A stretch of DNA of 64,000 nt from positions 64,948 through 128,947 of the IMG/VR virus record IMGVR_UViG_3300044631_002183; one strand, given 5' to 3'. The DNA is from a virus. Shown piece after piece: positions 9,694 through 20,384 of this stretch. Numbering within the stretch: position 1 is the first letter of the stretch; every line of letters begins with the position of its first letter. Position numbers and translations under genes: made by a program. Below the pieces are notes generated by a model, which saw only the letters and a list, made by a program, of their open reading frames with translations, ran no database searches and was not told the DNA's origin.

Positions 9694-10305
9694 TTAAAAT
9701 TGAACTCTTTGCCCTGCACCGGCATGAGGCCATTTTGTTTCGTATTTATAATAATAGAGATTCTTGTTAATTAGACCTTCTCTAGTCAATCGAACAGTAT
9801 TCCATGTCTTGCGAGTGTCAGTGCAAACAGATTTGCCATTATCTTCTATGATAAATTTAACTGGAAGGTCATGATTTCTAACATATTTATAACACTCTTC
9901 AAAAGATCCGGTTTCTGAAGTCATGTCTCCGACAAAACAATAAACCCATTGATCGCTCTTATCCATCTTGGCAGATAGGCCAAGTCCAACTGCTATCGGC
10001 AATATTCCAGTAACTATAGCTGACGAAAATACTTTATACTCAGGAAAACAAAGAGATATTGATTTACCTTCTAGTATACTTTTTCTTACTTGTTCTTGAG
10101 GCACACCCTTTAGTAAACATTGATAGTGACTTCTCCAAGAGCACAGAACCCAATCTTGAGGGTTTATATCTTTAAAAATAGAAATCATAGACTCCTCATT
10201 TCCATTATAAAGATGTACTGGAGCCTTTATTTTACCAGCGTTAAAATCAGAAGCGATTAACTCTTCAAAAGATAAAAGATCTTCTTTCGTTAGTTGTGAG
10301 ATCAT
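9694..10305 (-). CDS. TPP enzyme E1-alpha-like subunit (short form)
   Basis: PVHLYNGNEE, WRSHY, TPP motif GDMTSE...EDN. Confidence 0.85.
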   Translation of the reverse strand: MISQLTKEDLLSFEELIASDFNAGKIKAPVHLYNGNEESMISIFKDINPQDWVLCSWRSHYQCLLKGVPQEQVRKSILEGKSISLCFPEYKVFSSAIVTGILPIAVGLGLSAKMDKSDQWVYCFVGDMTSETGSFEECYKYVRNHDLPVKFIIEDNGKSVCTDTRKTWNTVRLTREGLINKNLYYYKYETKWPHAGAGQRVQF

Positions 10306-11834
10306 GATTCGTAAATTTTTCTTTTTAATTTTATCTCCAGCATTTCTTTTATATTTTCTACCGCTTTTTTTCCAAACTTATCATTTATTTTTCGCAAGAA
10401 ATCTGGGTTGGAATGATACTCTAAGCATGCCATATCTCTAAATTTTAAAACTTCAGTAGGGCTTAGATTTTTATTTCCTAAAGGAAGAGTTTCATATGAA
10501 TGAAATGAATATCCTTCGTAAGACTTAGGAAGTTCTAAATTATTATTAAGCGCATCTTTATATAATTGACTTCCAGGCAAAGCCATCGCTCCATAGGCAT
10601 TCCATCCAGCGGTGCATAATTCTTTAGAAAAATCTAATGTTTTTCTCATGCTTTCTAGCGTGTCCCCGGGAAGGCCAAAGATATAATTAGCCATAACTTC
10701 TATGCCTGAGTTTTGCACTTGATCTACTACTCTTTTTATATCTACATCTTCAAATTTGCCTTTAGACACTTCTAGTCTGACAATTTTATCTGCGCTTTCT
10801 ATGCCTAATGCTAACCATTTTATGCCAGCAGATTTTACTATAGATAAAAGTTCTGGATTGCGCACGGTATCTATACGAGAATAGGCCCACATTATTAAAT
10901 CTTTACCATATCCTCTGTCTCTTATCATTTCGCAAAGAGGCAGATAGTATTTTTTATTTAATAAAAACATTTCGTCAGTTATTTTTATGGTTCTGACTCC
11001 CATTGAATATAATTTGTCGAATTCTTTGATTATAAATTCTGGACTCCAATATCTCATTCCACTATATTTACTGGCCACTCCTATTTCATCATTGTCATTT
11101 CTATTTACTATATTGATCATGCAAAAATTGCATGAAAATTGACACCCTATAGAAGTTTGTATTGCGGCATATGGGCTTCTTTTATTTAAATCGTATTCAG
11201 AATGCCATAATGGAGATCTGTATAAATCAAGAGGTTTTTCTTTATAAGGAAGAAGATCCCAAGCATAGCCGGGAAGATCGGAATCCATTTTATCATTTGG
11301 CACAATTGACTCTGGAGGATTGATAACAATTGATCCATTTTTTCTCCAAACTATACCATTAATTTTAGAAAGATCAGAAAAATCTTTAAGCTTTAAAATA
11401 TTTCTTAAAGCATAAACAGCCTCATTTGTAAATCCAAAGTCTATGGATGGCTCATCTGAAAGTGTCTTTATGGGCAAAGCCTGGATATATGATCCAACGT
11501 AAGATATTGGAATATTTATATTATTATTTTTTAGAAATTTAGATGTTTTGGTGGCTCCAGACATATTAACGGAACCAGCATTAACATTCTGTCCATAAAC
11601 CACAAAACAAATAAGCCTTGGATTTGATTTTATAATTCTATTTAAACATTCTTCATCTGACAATTTTTCAGCGTTAATATCTAAAATACCAACAGAATAA
11701 CCAAACGATCTACAAGACTGAGCCAAAAGTAATGCCCATGTAGGTGGTTCTATGGAGGCATAGGTATTAGATAATTCTTGATATATTCCAGAAGAATTCC
11801 CCGGAGAAATAAATAAAACATCCATGCTATGCAT
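10302..11834 (-). CDS. cobalamin-binding radical SAM protein
   Basis: N-terminal B12-binding-like domain (EPP.W), CQFSCNFC, GIES, YIFGLPGD. Confidence 0.9.
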   Translation of the reverse strand: MHSMDVLFISPGNSSGIYQELSNTYASIEPPTWALLLAQSCRSFGYSVGILDINAEKLSDEECLNRIIKSNPRLICFVVYGQNVNAGSVNMSGATKTSKFLKNNNINIPISYVGSYIQALPIKTLSDEPSIDFGFTNEAVYALRNILKLKDFSDLSKINGIVWRKNGSIVINPPESIVPNDKMDSDLPGYAWDLLPYKEKPLDLYRSPLWHSEYDLNKRSPYAAIQTSIGCQFSCNFCMINIVNRNDNDEIGVASKYSGMRYWSPEFIIKEFDKLYSMGVRTIKITDEMFLLNKKYYLPLCEMIRDRGYGKDLIMWAYSRIDTVRNPELLSIVKSAGIKWLALGIESADKIVRLEVSKGKFEDVDIKRVVDQVQNSGIEVMANYIFGLPGDTLESMRKTLDFSKELCTAGWNAYGAMALPGSQLYKDALNNNLELPKSYEGYSFHSYETLPLGNKNLSPTEVLKFRDMACLEYHSNPDFLRKINDKFGKKAVENIKEMLEIKLKRKIYES

Positions 11835-12799
11835 TATTTCAGAAATGCTTTGGCTCGATTCAAAATATTTTCCCAGAAAATTTTAGAAGAATATTTTTCT
11901 TTGTATGTGTTGTATCCTTGTTGGGCTATTTTTTTTCTTTCTTCTTCATTTTCAGAATAGTATTTGATTGCTCCGATTAGTTCTTCCATTGTAGAAAATT
12001 CAACATAATCATAACCAGGAGTAAACAATCTGCTTGTTGAGGGGTTCTTAAATTCAAGTAGGAGTGTTTTGCAAGCTAGTGTTTCGAATACTCTTCCTTT
12101 AGTTTGGAAAAAATTAGCTGGGCTTAGAGAGAAATTAAGATTAATTTTGCTTCTTCTAATAAGTGAGGCATAATCTTCGGCGCTCAACATTTCCTCTCTT
12201 TGGCCGCCTCTAATAGAAAGACTTATACCAGAAGAAATTAATTTTTGTAAAATAGCATGGCGATCATAGTATCTTGGGCTTCCAATGAAACTAACATCCA
12301 AATCTTGCTTTTCTTGCGGATAGAATAAAGAAATATCTTGAGGAACCCATAAATCTATATGATTATTTCTGTAGAAACAGTTTAAATCGGAAAAGAAAGT
12401 GGGATTATCCCAAGAAACATGTAAACTTACTCTATCTGCTATTTCTTCTATGGTTTTGAATCCCCAATCTGGGCCAGTATCAGGCCACATAATAGATTGA
12501 TAAATTCCAAGATCTTTGATTTTCTTAAAAGTTTCAAGAGATGGGTTAAGAGGAGATTCTCCTAGAAGTGAATAAATTATAATATTTATTTCCCATTTTT
12601 TGCAGTAATCTACTAGGAAATTGTCAACGTGGTTTCCATATACAACATACGCCTCATCTAGATGAATAGTATTCCAGTTGTATTGACTTCCAAAATCAAT
12701 ACTAAATGAATTAAATAAATTATGGAAATTATTGGTTAAACCAAGGTCTGGAGTTCCATCGCAGAATTTTTCTGTTACGAATAAGACTTTTTTTTTCAT
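11834..12799 (-). CDS. CgeB/GT-B-like glycosyltransferase
   Basis: DVSFIGS, SKINLNFS, KGRVFE.LAC, F.PGYDYVEF, IAQQGY. Confidence 0.8.
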   Translation of the reverse strand: MKKKVLFVTEKFCDGTPDLGLTNNFHNLFNSFSIDFGSQYNWNTIHLDEAYVVYGNHVDNFLVDYCKKWEINIIIYSLLGESPLNPSLETFKKIKDLGIYQSIMWPDTGPDWGFKTIEEIADRVSLHVSWDNPTFFSDLNCFYRNNHIDLWVPQDISLFYPQEKQDLDVSFIGSPRYYDRHAILQKLISSGISLSIRGGQREEMLSAEDYASLIRRSKINLNFSLSPANFFQTKGRVFETLACKTLLLEFKNPSTSRLFTPGYDYVEFSTMEELIGAIKYYSENEEERKKIAQQGYNTYKEKYSSKIFWENILNRAKAFLK

Positions 12800-12802
12800 T
12801 TT

Positions 12803-13756
12803 TTATAGATTGGTATGCTTAGTATTAGAATGAAGAAATACTGAGTAGGCTTTAATTAGCTCTTTAATTCCATACTCTAAAGAATACTGAGGCTTCCATC
12901 CTGTAGCTTCAAGCTTATCGTTGCTAACAATATAATTTCGCTTGTCTAAATCGGCGCTAAAATTATCTGTTTTAATAACAAAATTGGGAACTTGTTCTTT
13001 GATCTTTTCGCATAACTCTAGTTTGCTTAGATTGGCTGAAGAAAGACCGACGTTAAAAACCTCGCCTTTATGACTGTCAAACTCGACAAGCATCTTAATG
13101 AAAGCGCCAGCTACATCTCTAATATGAATATAGTTTCTCTTAAAATGCGATTCGAAAAGAACAATATACTTATCAGTTAAAGCTTTTAATACAAAATCAT
13201 TGACAAGAAGATCTTTTCTGAATCTATATGAGGTTCCAAAAACAGTTGCCAATCTCAAAGAAATAGCTTTGCCAGAATCTAAAGCGTATTTTTCTCCAGC
13301 GCATTTTGTGACCCCATAGGTAGAAATTGGGTTTAGCTTTGTTTTTTCAGTACAAAAGGTATCATTTTCTCCAACTCCATATCCACTATTTGTGTTGGGA
13401 AGAATTATTCTAGCATCGCTTCTGGAAGTTGAGCATATGAAATCAATTTGATTAGCATTTACGTCTACCGCTAGAATTTTATCTCTATCGCAAGCAGGAA
13501 AGCCCACTATTCCGGCAAGAGGATAAATGTAATCTGCTTCTTGTACATATTTAGAAAGCTTGGCTCTATCTCTTACGTCGCCATATACAAATTCAAGTTT
13601 GGGATTAGATAAGAATGGGAACAAGCCTTCTTGCTTGTACATTAAATTATCATAAACAACAACTTTTTCAATTCCTAGACCGGAAGCATTTGCTAGAAGT
13701 TGCTCGACTAGAATAGTGCCTAAGTAACCAGCGCCACCAGTAATTAAAATTTTCAT
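12803..13756 (-). CDS. NAD-dependent sugar epimerase/dehydratase
   Basis: ILITGGAGYLG, YGVTK, RLATVFG; likely start at 13756. Confidence 0.9.
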   Translation of the reverse strand: MKILITGGAGYLGTILVEQLLANASGLGIEKVVVYDNLMYKQEGLFPFLSNPKLEFVYGDVRDRAKLSKYVQEADYIYPLAGIVGFPACDRDKILAVDVNANQIDFICSTSRSDARIILPNTNSGYGVGENDTFCTEKTKLNPISTYGVTKCAGEKYALDSGKAISLRLATVFGTSYRFRKDLLVNDFVLKALTDKYIVLFESHFKRNYIHIRDVAGAFIKMLVEFDSHKGEVFNVGLSSANLSKLELCEKIKEQVPNFVIKTDNFSADLDKRNYIVSNDKLEATGWKPQYSLEYGIKELIKAYSVFLHSNTKHTNL

Positions 13757-13797
13757 ACTATTAAAAAGATTATATTGGATACGTTTTAAGAAAACAA

Positions 13798-14340
13798 TTA
13801 TTTGTCTCTGCAAGACAATATTGGATCTGCTATCGGCCAAAAAACATTATATTTTGGATCATTCCATTTAACGTGAATTTGGTCTTTTTGCGATACATAT
13901 TCGTGAGTAAATTTATAATGGAATAAACATTCTTCAGTCAAGCAAAAATGAGCGTTTACACATCCATTTGGAACAAGAATTTGATGTTTATTGTGTTCTG
14001 TAAGAGTAAACGTTTGATGAACGCCAAAAGTTTCGGAGTCTTTTCTTAAATCTATAACAGCAAAATATATAGATCCTTTAAGACATTCTATGAGCTTCCA
14101 TGTGAACACGTCACCATGGAATCCTCTAAGAACGTTTTTTCTAGATTTAGAGAAGCTATCTACTATGAATTTATTATTTCCTTTAGTCCAGCTTTCGCTT
14201 GAGCAAAAAATTTTATTGTAAAGATTTTCATTATAACCTTCGAAATTTTCTCCTCTGTAATCAGAAAAGCATTCTGGTTGAATAATAAAAAGATCTTTTA
14301 TCTTACAATTACTCGAAGTACTTAGATTGAGTGGAATCAT
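13798..14340 (-). CDS. rmlC: dTDP-4-dehydrorhamnose 3,5-epimerase family
   Basis: DYRG, S.KNVLRGFH, IDLRKDSETFG, WNDP...VFWP, ILS.RD. Confidence 0.85.
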   Translation of the reverse strand: MIPLNLSTSSNCKIKDLFIIQPECFSDYRGENFEGYNENLYNKIFCSSESWTKGNNKFIVDSFSKSRKNVLRGFHGDVFTWKLIECLKGSIYFAVIDLRKDSETFGVHQTFTLTEHNKHQILVPNGCVNAHFCLTEECLFHYKFTHEYVSQKDQIHVKWNDPKYNVFWPIADPILSCRDK

Positions 14341-15046
14341 AAATATATTTATTTAATATCTTTGCCTCTTTAGATATATCAAAAGTAGCTGGATTTATAG
14401 GATTATCAAAAAACTTTTTCCTGTATTCTATTGCGACTTCATCAGGAGAGATTACGGCTTCTATTGTTTTATGTAAAATATGATCGATTTCTATCTCTTT
14501 GACATCGATTACTCTTTTGATTGATTTGTACAATCTGTATATTGAATTGTCTGCGCCTAGAGTTTTGAATTCCTCATACATAAAAAATCCTAATACTTCT
14601 GTAGATTTTTTAGATATTATTGGGAAAGAGCAATATCCAGAGACGACATCTCTGTCTGCACTATTACAAGTTGTCCAGCAGTAGTAGATTTGATCTGTTA
14701 TATCATTTACAGATAAGTATTTAGAAATTTTTTCAGAAGCTATGACATCCCAATTTTTAGTAAGAATAGATATATCGTCATTACATACAAATAAATTTTG
14801 GCCATTTGCTGTTTTGACCATTTCGTTATATGATGTTATTAAATTAGATGGCCTTGGACCTCTGATAAATCTGACATCAAGCCCAAAGTTATTGTTAACT
14901 ATAGCGTGAGTGAGATCGTCGTCTTCATCATACCTAACAATAATTTCTATATCATTTTTATTGTTAGTCGTATTATATACAGAACTTAAAAAATTTTTTA
15001 AAAGCTCTGGTCTTTTTCTGGAATTTAAGAAAAGAGAAAATTTCAT
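14309..15046 (-). CDS. GT2-like glycosyltransferase
   Basis: SRKRPE, IVRYDEDD, CNDD, FPIISK. Confidence 0.7.
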   Translation of the reverse strand: MKFSLFLNSRKRPELLKNFLSSVYNTTNNKNDIEIIVRYDEDDDLTHAIVNNNFGLDVRFIRGPRPSNLITSYNEMVKTANGQNLFVCNDDISILTKNWDVIASEKISKYLSVNDITDQIYYCWTTCNSADRDVVSGYCSFPIISKKSTEVLGFFMYEEFKTLGADNSIYRLYKSIKRVIDVKEIEIDHILHKTIEAVISPDEVAIEYRKKFFDNPINPATFDISKEAKILNKYIYDSTQSKYFE

Positions 15047-15048
15047 AC

Positions 15049-15822
15049 TTAGATTTTTAGAAATTTAATTAAATCGTCTCTCTGCTCTTTCATATTCTTT
15101 AAGCGGAAGACTTTAATTACTCCGTCTTTCTCATACTGATTTATAAAATATTGATCTCTAGTTTTGTCATCGAAATCACCTAAAACGCAAATAGTGGCAA
15201 TCCTGCTCATGCTAGACATTGTTTTAAAACCACTGTCGGTGCCAATGAATTTATGGCATAGTTTGACAAGCTCTAAACATGACTCTACATTCATATTTGT
15301 ATGAGCTACATTTTTAGATTGATTAACTCCGTAATTTTCAAGCTCTGAAGCGGAGCCAAAAATTACATAATTAAACTCATCAGAGATTACGTTATTAATT
15401 ACATCAGACGGAATATATTTAGGCGGAAGATTAAATTTGGAATAAGTATCGTAAGAGAAACTGCTGCCGAAAGGGTGAATTCCTATTACAGGATTATTGT
15501 TTTGAAATTTTTCTACAAAAGATTTCGCGTTCTCTTTGCTTTCTTGGGAAAAATTAATATCGGAATAAAACGCTCTAGGACACTCTCTGATATTTGTAGT
15601 TGAGTTTTCTCCATGGTTCTCAATAATTTTATCAATCTGAGCATCGTGCTCTTCTATATTATTAAAATAGTAAAAAGAAGAATTTTCAGCGCCTAAACTT
15701 TTAAAGAAAGATTCAGCTTGCTTAAAATGTGTATGGACAATAAACTCTTTAGTTTTATTATTAGCGATAAACCAAGAGCATTGCAAAAAATCGCCGATCC
15801 CGCCTCTGACGTAAAATTTCAT
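15049..15822 (-). CDS. GT9-like glycosyltransferase
   Basis: GGIGD, IGIHPFGS, FIGTDSG motifs. Confidence 0.7.
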   Translation of the reverse strand: MKFYVRGGIGDFLQCSWFIANNKTKEFIVHTHFKQAESFFKSLGAENSSFYYFNNIEEHDAQIDKIIENHGENSTTNIRECPRAFYSDINFSQESKENAKSFVEKFQNNNPVIGIHPFGSSFSYDTYSKFNLPPKYIPSDVINNVISDEFNYVIFGSASELENYGVNQSKNVAHTNMNVESCLELVKLCHKFIGTDSGFKTMSSMSRIATICVLGDFDDKTRDQYFINQYEKDGVIKVFRLKNMKEQRDDLIKFLKI

Positions 15823-15839
15823 ATAGTTAAAATGTATTA

Positions 15840-15875
15840 GGGCCTAACTATGGAAAATTCCATAAAATTAGGCCC
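15840..15875. terminator. intergenic stem-loop downstream of nrdJ
   Basis: GGGCCTAA/TTAGGCCC outer stem with inner TATGGAA/TTCCATA. Confidence 0.5.
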
Positions 15876-15898
15876 CAATTTTGTAAATATTTATGTAA

Positions 15899-17869
15899 TT
15901 AGCGAATCGGGCAAGCGCCTGTAGAGCATTCAGCCATATCAAGCATATCTGAACTATTGATAATCAAAGAAGACATGGGTTTAACCTTTGCGATAGCCGA
16001 AAGATAAGTCTCCTCATCAATCTCTTGATATGGAGCTTGCTTGAAGCCGTGATTCTTGAACAAAAGGAAGCTTACGCTCTTGACATTATGTTCGTAGTTA
16101 TCTTTTAGCCAAGTCTTCAACGAGTCAAGCTCTTCTGGCTTGTAGTAAGCGGTGACAGAAACCGCATTGTCTGACCAGTCTGTTTGGAGCTTCTTAACCA
16201 TATCTAGCTGCTTAAGAACGTCCATGTCCTTTGCGAGAATTGACCCCTCTGGAGTTTGGCAAGGGAAATAAACTACAACAGTATCTCTATTTTCTGTTCC
16301 ATCGAAATTAACAAGGAATTCTACATGGTATCCCATATCCTTGCAAATTTGCACTAGAGCATCAGAGCTAGACATACGAACAGTGCGCATGTAATACTTG
16401 CTGAATGCTGGATGAACGCCGGGGGTTGCTCCACCCAATAGACTCAGCGTACCACTAGGCTTGACAGTCGTGAGCTTAATGCTTTCAGGCCAACCGCGCT
16501 GCTTGCTCCAAGTCCTATCAAAATTACGAAGAGCGACATAACAATCATCAAGCCAATCAAGCTTATCCAAAGACTGACATACGCCAGTGACGCCAAGGCC
16601 GAGGCGCATATTCTTGTGAACGATCTTATTAGTTTCTTCATGAATGAATGGAAGAGAGGCAATAGCTTTTTGAGTCTTATATAGAAGAGTCGCGCAATCA
16701 ATTAGCTCTTCCTTTGATGTGATATTGTTTAGATAAAGCTCGCAAAGATTGCAGCACTCATAGTTAGAAAGACTAATCTCAGCGCAAGGATTTGTCATCT
16801 CGCAGTTATCAACTTCAGTAGGATACATTGAGTTGTCTGAGATAGGTCCGTCCTTGATTCGACCAAACTTCTGAGACAATGGCAAATTAAAGAAACCATA
16901 AGGCTCTCCATTTGCATAGCCGCTATCTTGATTTATCTCGTAGCCGTTTTTCCAGATTTCGTCAAGCACATGATCATAACTATCTGCATAGATAGTATTA
17001 TTGCTCATAGCTCGCCAATTTGGAACATTTCCGGTTCCCCAGTTCTTAGCGCGGAGATATAGAATGTCGTCTGGATCGCCTAGAGCAATTTCAGCACTTC
17101 TACGCACATTACCAGCAACAACAACGCTACCAATGATGTTGCAAACGTCAAGAACATCAATTGAACGAAGTTTTTTACCTTCTCTTGACTGAAAGAGTTT
17201 TGTGATCTTATCGATTCCATCAATAAGGACTTGTGGACCAGAAGCTTTGCCCCCAAATCCCTTGATTGGCTCGCCGTACCCTCTGATGAGAATCGTCGAA
17301 TAAGAAAAAGATTTACCTGTAACGTAAAAAGCGTCCAATACTTTCGAAAGCAAATTAACCCAACCTTCGCGTTTATCAGGAACAATGTAGTCAGCGTCTT
17401 TAGATCCTTCATGAATAACCTTTACACTTTTCTTGATCTTTGGAAGCTCATGGACATCTTCTCTGCGAATGCTATAACCCACTCCACCTCCAAGCATCAA
17501 GTTCTCAAAAAGAAACAAAAACGCATTAGGCTCTCTCATTGCAACAGCCCAGCAGTTGAGAAGAGAGTTAGCCCCAAAGCGGTCTACAGTGGAAGTGCCA
17601 AGCTGCCAAAGCATTCGGCCAGCAAGATTGCACTTTAAGTTAAAGATATAATCGTAAATTCTTTCAGCTTCTTGCTCAGTGTATCCAGCGCCGATTTTCT
17701 GAGCGCCATTGACGCATCGCTCTACCGTTTCATGCCACTCTTCAGTGTTGCCATCCTCCTTTAGTCTGGCGTAGGTTCTCTTGTAGACTATATAACCCAA
17801 ACCATTGAAGCCCCAGTTTGGTTGTTTATTTTTATATTTGGAAATGAATTCTTTAGATAGTATGCTCAT
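15899..17869 (-). CDS. nrdJ: class II (adenosylcobalamin) ribonucleotide reductase
   Basis: YKRTYAR, LMLGGGVG, VVAGNVRRSAEI, NPCAEI, CCNLCE, TTVKPSGT, C-terminal CSTGACPIR. Confidence 0.93.
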   Translation of the reverse strand: MSILSKEFISKYKNKQPNWGFNGLGYIVYKRTYARLKEDGNTEEWHETVERCVNGAQKIGAGYTEQEAERIYDYIFNLKCNLAGRMLWQLGTSTVDRFGANSLLNCWAVAMREPNAFLFLFENLMLGGGVGYSIRREDVHELPKIKKSVKVIHEGSKDADYIVPDKREGWVNLLSKVLDAFYVTGKSFSYSTILIRGYGEPIKGFGGKASGPQVLIDGIDKITKLFQSREGKKLRSIDVLDVCNIIGSVVVAGNVRRSAEIALGDPDDILYLRAKNWGTGNVPNWRAMSNNTIYADSYDHVLDEIWKNGYEINQDSGYANGEPYGFFNLPLSQKFGRIKDGPISDNSMYPTEVDNCEMTNPCAEISLSNYECCNLCELYLNNITSKEELIDCATLLYKTQKAIASLPFIHEETNKIVHKNMRLGLGVTGVCQSLDKLDWLDDCYVALRNFDRTWSKQRGWPESIKLTTVKPSGTLSLLGGATPGVHPAFSKYYMRTVRMSSSDALVQICKDMGYHVEFLVNFDGTENRDTVVVYFPCQTPEGSILAKDMDVLKQLDMVKKLQTDWSDNAVSVTAYYKPEELDSLKTWLKDNYEHNVKSVSFLLFKNHGFKQAPYQEIDEETYLSAIAKVKPMSSLIINSSDMLDMAECSTGACPIR

Positions 17870-17917
17870 AGGTAAAAAGAGGTAAGATGATTTACACAGT
17901 ATTAGAGGAAAATGGAA

Positions 17918-18292
17918 TTAGTCAAGTTGAATGTTAGGAACTTCTGAAGGATTTACCTTGCTCTTATATTTCATACCTCTTCTTTTCTTGGAGTATTTCT
18001 CTTCAGCTTTTTGACGCAACGGATCAACTCCATCGTGTTTTGCGGCTCTTTTGTCACTAAGCTCTTGAGAATAATCCCAGATTTCTCCAAGAGTACCTTT
18101 CATCTTACCTGTCTTTTCTACAAATTTTGACGATGAGTCTAAATCAAATTCTGTGTCTATTTGAGCATTAGGTATAGTAAAAACTCTTTCATACTTAATT
18201 CCTTCCTCGGAATAGGTGTGATCGTCGTTCATGCCCTGAAACACAGAAATAATCTTACCTGTCTTAGGGTTCTTAAAAAGATAAATTGGCAT
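17918..18292 (-). CDS. FmdB-like small protein (Cys-less)
   Basis: MPIY.F...TG N-terminus typical of phage FmdB-like proteins, lacks CxxC. Confidence 0.5.
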   Translation of the reverse strand: MPIYLFKNPKTGKIISVFQGMNDDHTYSEEGIKYERVFTIPNAQIDTEFDLDSSSKFVEKTGKMKGTLGEIWDYSQELSDKRAAKHDGVDPLRQKAEEKYSKKRRGMKYKSKVNPSEVPNIQLD

Positions 18293-18293
18293 A

Positions 18294-19376
18294 TTAAATT
18301 AAAGATAGCAGCTTGTTTGCTGTAGTGGAATACTTGAATTGTTCTTGTATTTTTAGCCCTTGATGGTTGATTCTGTCTTTCTCGACTCTTCTGATTGCCT
18401 CTTCGCAGCCAGCAATAAATTCGTCTTCAGAAAAATCAAAAATATTGCCTTGATTAAATGGGGTTCCTTTAGAGAAAAACTTGCCATCGTAAACTTCGAT
18501 CTTTGATCTTGGTTGGACCAAAATGGCATTGCTTTCGTTCGCCCACTCTTTGTAAGAAGTGGCATTTAAAACAACAGCGTGTTTACCAAGGCCGACAGAT
18601 TGGAATTCCGGCAAGCCCCAGCCTTCCGCTCCAGACATAGCTAAAATAATATCAGCAGAATTAAGAAAGTTATTATATGTAGCATTTTTAGGCATGGTAG
18701 ATAAAAACGTTACATTAAATATAGGCTTTCCATCTAGTATATTAGAATATATAGACTTTAGCTCTGCTGGATCTTGATAAAAAGCGTTATTAATTGCGCA
18801 CTGCAAAGAATACCTCTTGTCCTTTCCAAACTTTTTAATCCAAGCTTTGATTATTTTTGCATGGTGTTTTCTCTTTTCGAATTTACCACATACATTGAAA
18901 GTAATTCTACCATCATCAAAATACTTTTTATTTGTTATTTTGAAGTGCTTAGAATCAAATCCTAGTGGAACCACAGTTGATTGAATTCCAGAATTTGCAA
19001 AAACATCCTTAGTGTATTGAGAAGTAACACAAACATCGCTGCTCTTTAAAATATTTGATTCAATTGGAGTAAGTTGATCAGTTTCATGGAATGTCAAAAG
19101 CACTTGCTTGTTAGAATATGATCTAATTGAATCATTAATGTGCCAAACTCTAATAATAGGAATATTTCTATTGTGCTTTAAAAAAGCATCGTTATGATTT
19201 CTAATAATCCAATCTACAAATTCTTGCTCAAAGTCATAGGCAGAGAAGTCTATTTGATGTTCAGAAGCTTTAAATATAGAAGGATTGAGTCCCATTTTAA
19301 AGAACTCATATAGCAAGTTAAAACTTACTTGCCCAAAACTTAAAGAATTTAGAGGAACTTGAACAGCAAAGTGCAT
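18294..19376 (-). CDS. GT4-like glycosyltransferase
   Basis: VVPLGFD, GKFEKRK, SGAEGWGLPEF. Confidence 0.85.
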   Translation of the reverse strand: MHFAVQVPLNSLSFGQVSFNLLYEFFKMGLNPSIFKASEHQIDFSAYDFEQEFVDWIIRNHNDAFLKHNRNIPIIRVWHINDSIRSYSNKQVLLTFHETDQLTPIESNILKSSDVCVTSQYTKDVFANSGIQSTVVPLGFDSKHFKITNKKYFDDGRITFNVCGKFEKRKHHAKIIKAWIKKFGKDKRYSLQCAINNAFYQDPAELKSIYSNILDGKPIFNVTFLSTMPKNATYNNFLNSADIILAMSGAEGWGLPEFQSVGLGKHAVVLNATSYKEWANESNAILVQPRSKIEVYDGKFFSKGTPFNQGNIFDFSEDEFIAGCEEAIRRVEKDRINHQGLKIQEQFKYSTTANKLLSLI

Positions 19377-19406
19377 AAAAAAACCTACCTATTGTTATAG
19401 GTAGGT
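19377..19406 (-). terminator. putative intrinsic terminator/attenuator directly upstream of the GT4 start codon
   Basis: Perfect 10 bp stem ACCTACCTAT/ATAGGTAGGT followed by a T-tract on the minus strand. Confidence 0.5.
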
Positions 19407-19428
19407 GAAAAAGATTTTCTACTTTTTA

Positions 19429-19728
19429 TTATAGAACCCCATCATCGTCCTCAGACGTTGATTGCGTCTTTTTAGATGACGCTGGAGCGGCTGTGCCAGC
19501 CAATTCCTTTTGCTTATTTTCAGCACGATCAGAAGCGTAAATCCGAAAGTCCGGAGACTTGTCAGACTTCTTCTCCTTGTTTGAGAAGATAACAATATCA
19601 ATCTTTCCCTCAAGAGAGGAATTAATATGACCAGTCATATACTTCTGTGATTTGTCCTTGCTGACTTTCATCCACAAGGCACCCAGTTCGCGGTTGTCCC
19701 ACTTATTTTCAGTCTTAGTAGCATTCAT
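19429..19728 (-). CDS. DUF736-like protein (possible ssDNA-binding), acidic tail
   Basis: LGALW.K, YMTG.I, KSPDFRIY, EDDDGVL tail. Confidence 0.55.
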   Translation of the reverse strand: MNATKTENKWDNRELGALWMKVSKDKSQKYMTGHINSSLEGKIDIVIFSNKEKKSDKSPDFRIYASDRAENKQKELAGTAAPASSKKTQSTSEDDDGVL

Positions 19729-19760
19729 GCCGACTCATTATCGTCTCTAAAAACAAAATG

Positions 19761-20369
19761 TCAAACTAAATCGAAAGAATTTTTACTTACAATTTTATTC
19801 TTCAAGAAAGACCTTGCTTTTTCATGAAGATTAATGGCTGTTTGAGTGCTGATGTTGAGTTTCTTTGCTATTTTATTCCAAGTAGTTAACTTAGATGAGT
19901 TAGAAAAGTATCTAAGCCTATAAACTTCATTTATTCTCTGATCCTTGAAAGAAGACAGGAGAGAAGAAAGATAGTCATACATTTCTGTGTTTTTATCAGT
20001 AGTAGATAAAATATCCTTGTTAACAAAAGTATCTATTCCAAATCCTTCATTTAAAACATACTTCTTGTTAGAATTTATATAATTCAGGAAATGATACCTA
20101 GCGCAATTACAGAACCAAGTTGAAAACTTCGTTTTCTGCTTCGCATCGAAAGACTGAACTGCTTTATAAAGAATAAAGTCTTTTTCAGACTTAATCTCTT
20201 CTTTGCTCATCCCCATTTTAGTCAAAGCCTGAGAATATCTTCTGGCTATTGAAAAATAAAAATTATCATAAGAACTAGATAATTTTTCGAAACTGTCGTT
20301 GCAGTTAAACTCTTTAATCTTCTTGACTAAAGAAATATCAGAATCTTGTATAGATTTTAATTTTGTCAT
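19761..20369 (-). CDS. phage sigma70-family factor
   Basis: Region 2 LYKAVQSFD...TKFSTWF; region 4 HTH TWNKIAKKLNISTQTA. Confidence 0.8.
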   Translation of the reverse strand: MTKLKSIQDSDISLVKKIKEFNCNDSFEKLSSSYDNFYFSIARRYSQALTKMGMSKEEIKSEKDFILYKAVQSFDAKQKTKFSTWFCNCARYHFLNYINSNKKYVLNEGFGIDTFVNKDILSTTDKNTEMYDYLSSLLSSFKDQRINEVYRLRYFSNSSKLTTWNKIAKKLNISTQTAINLHEKARSFLKNKIVSKNSFDLV

Positions 20370-20384
20370 AAACTTTATCCTTGA

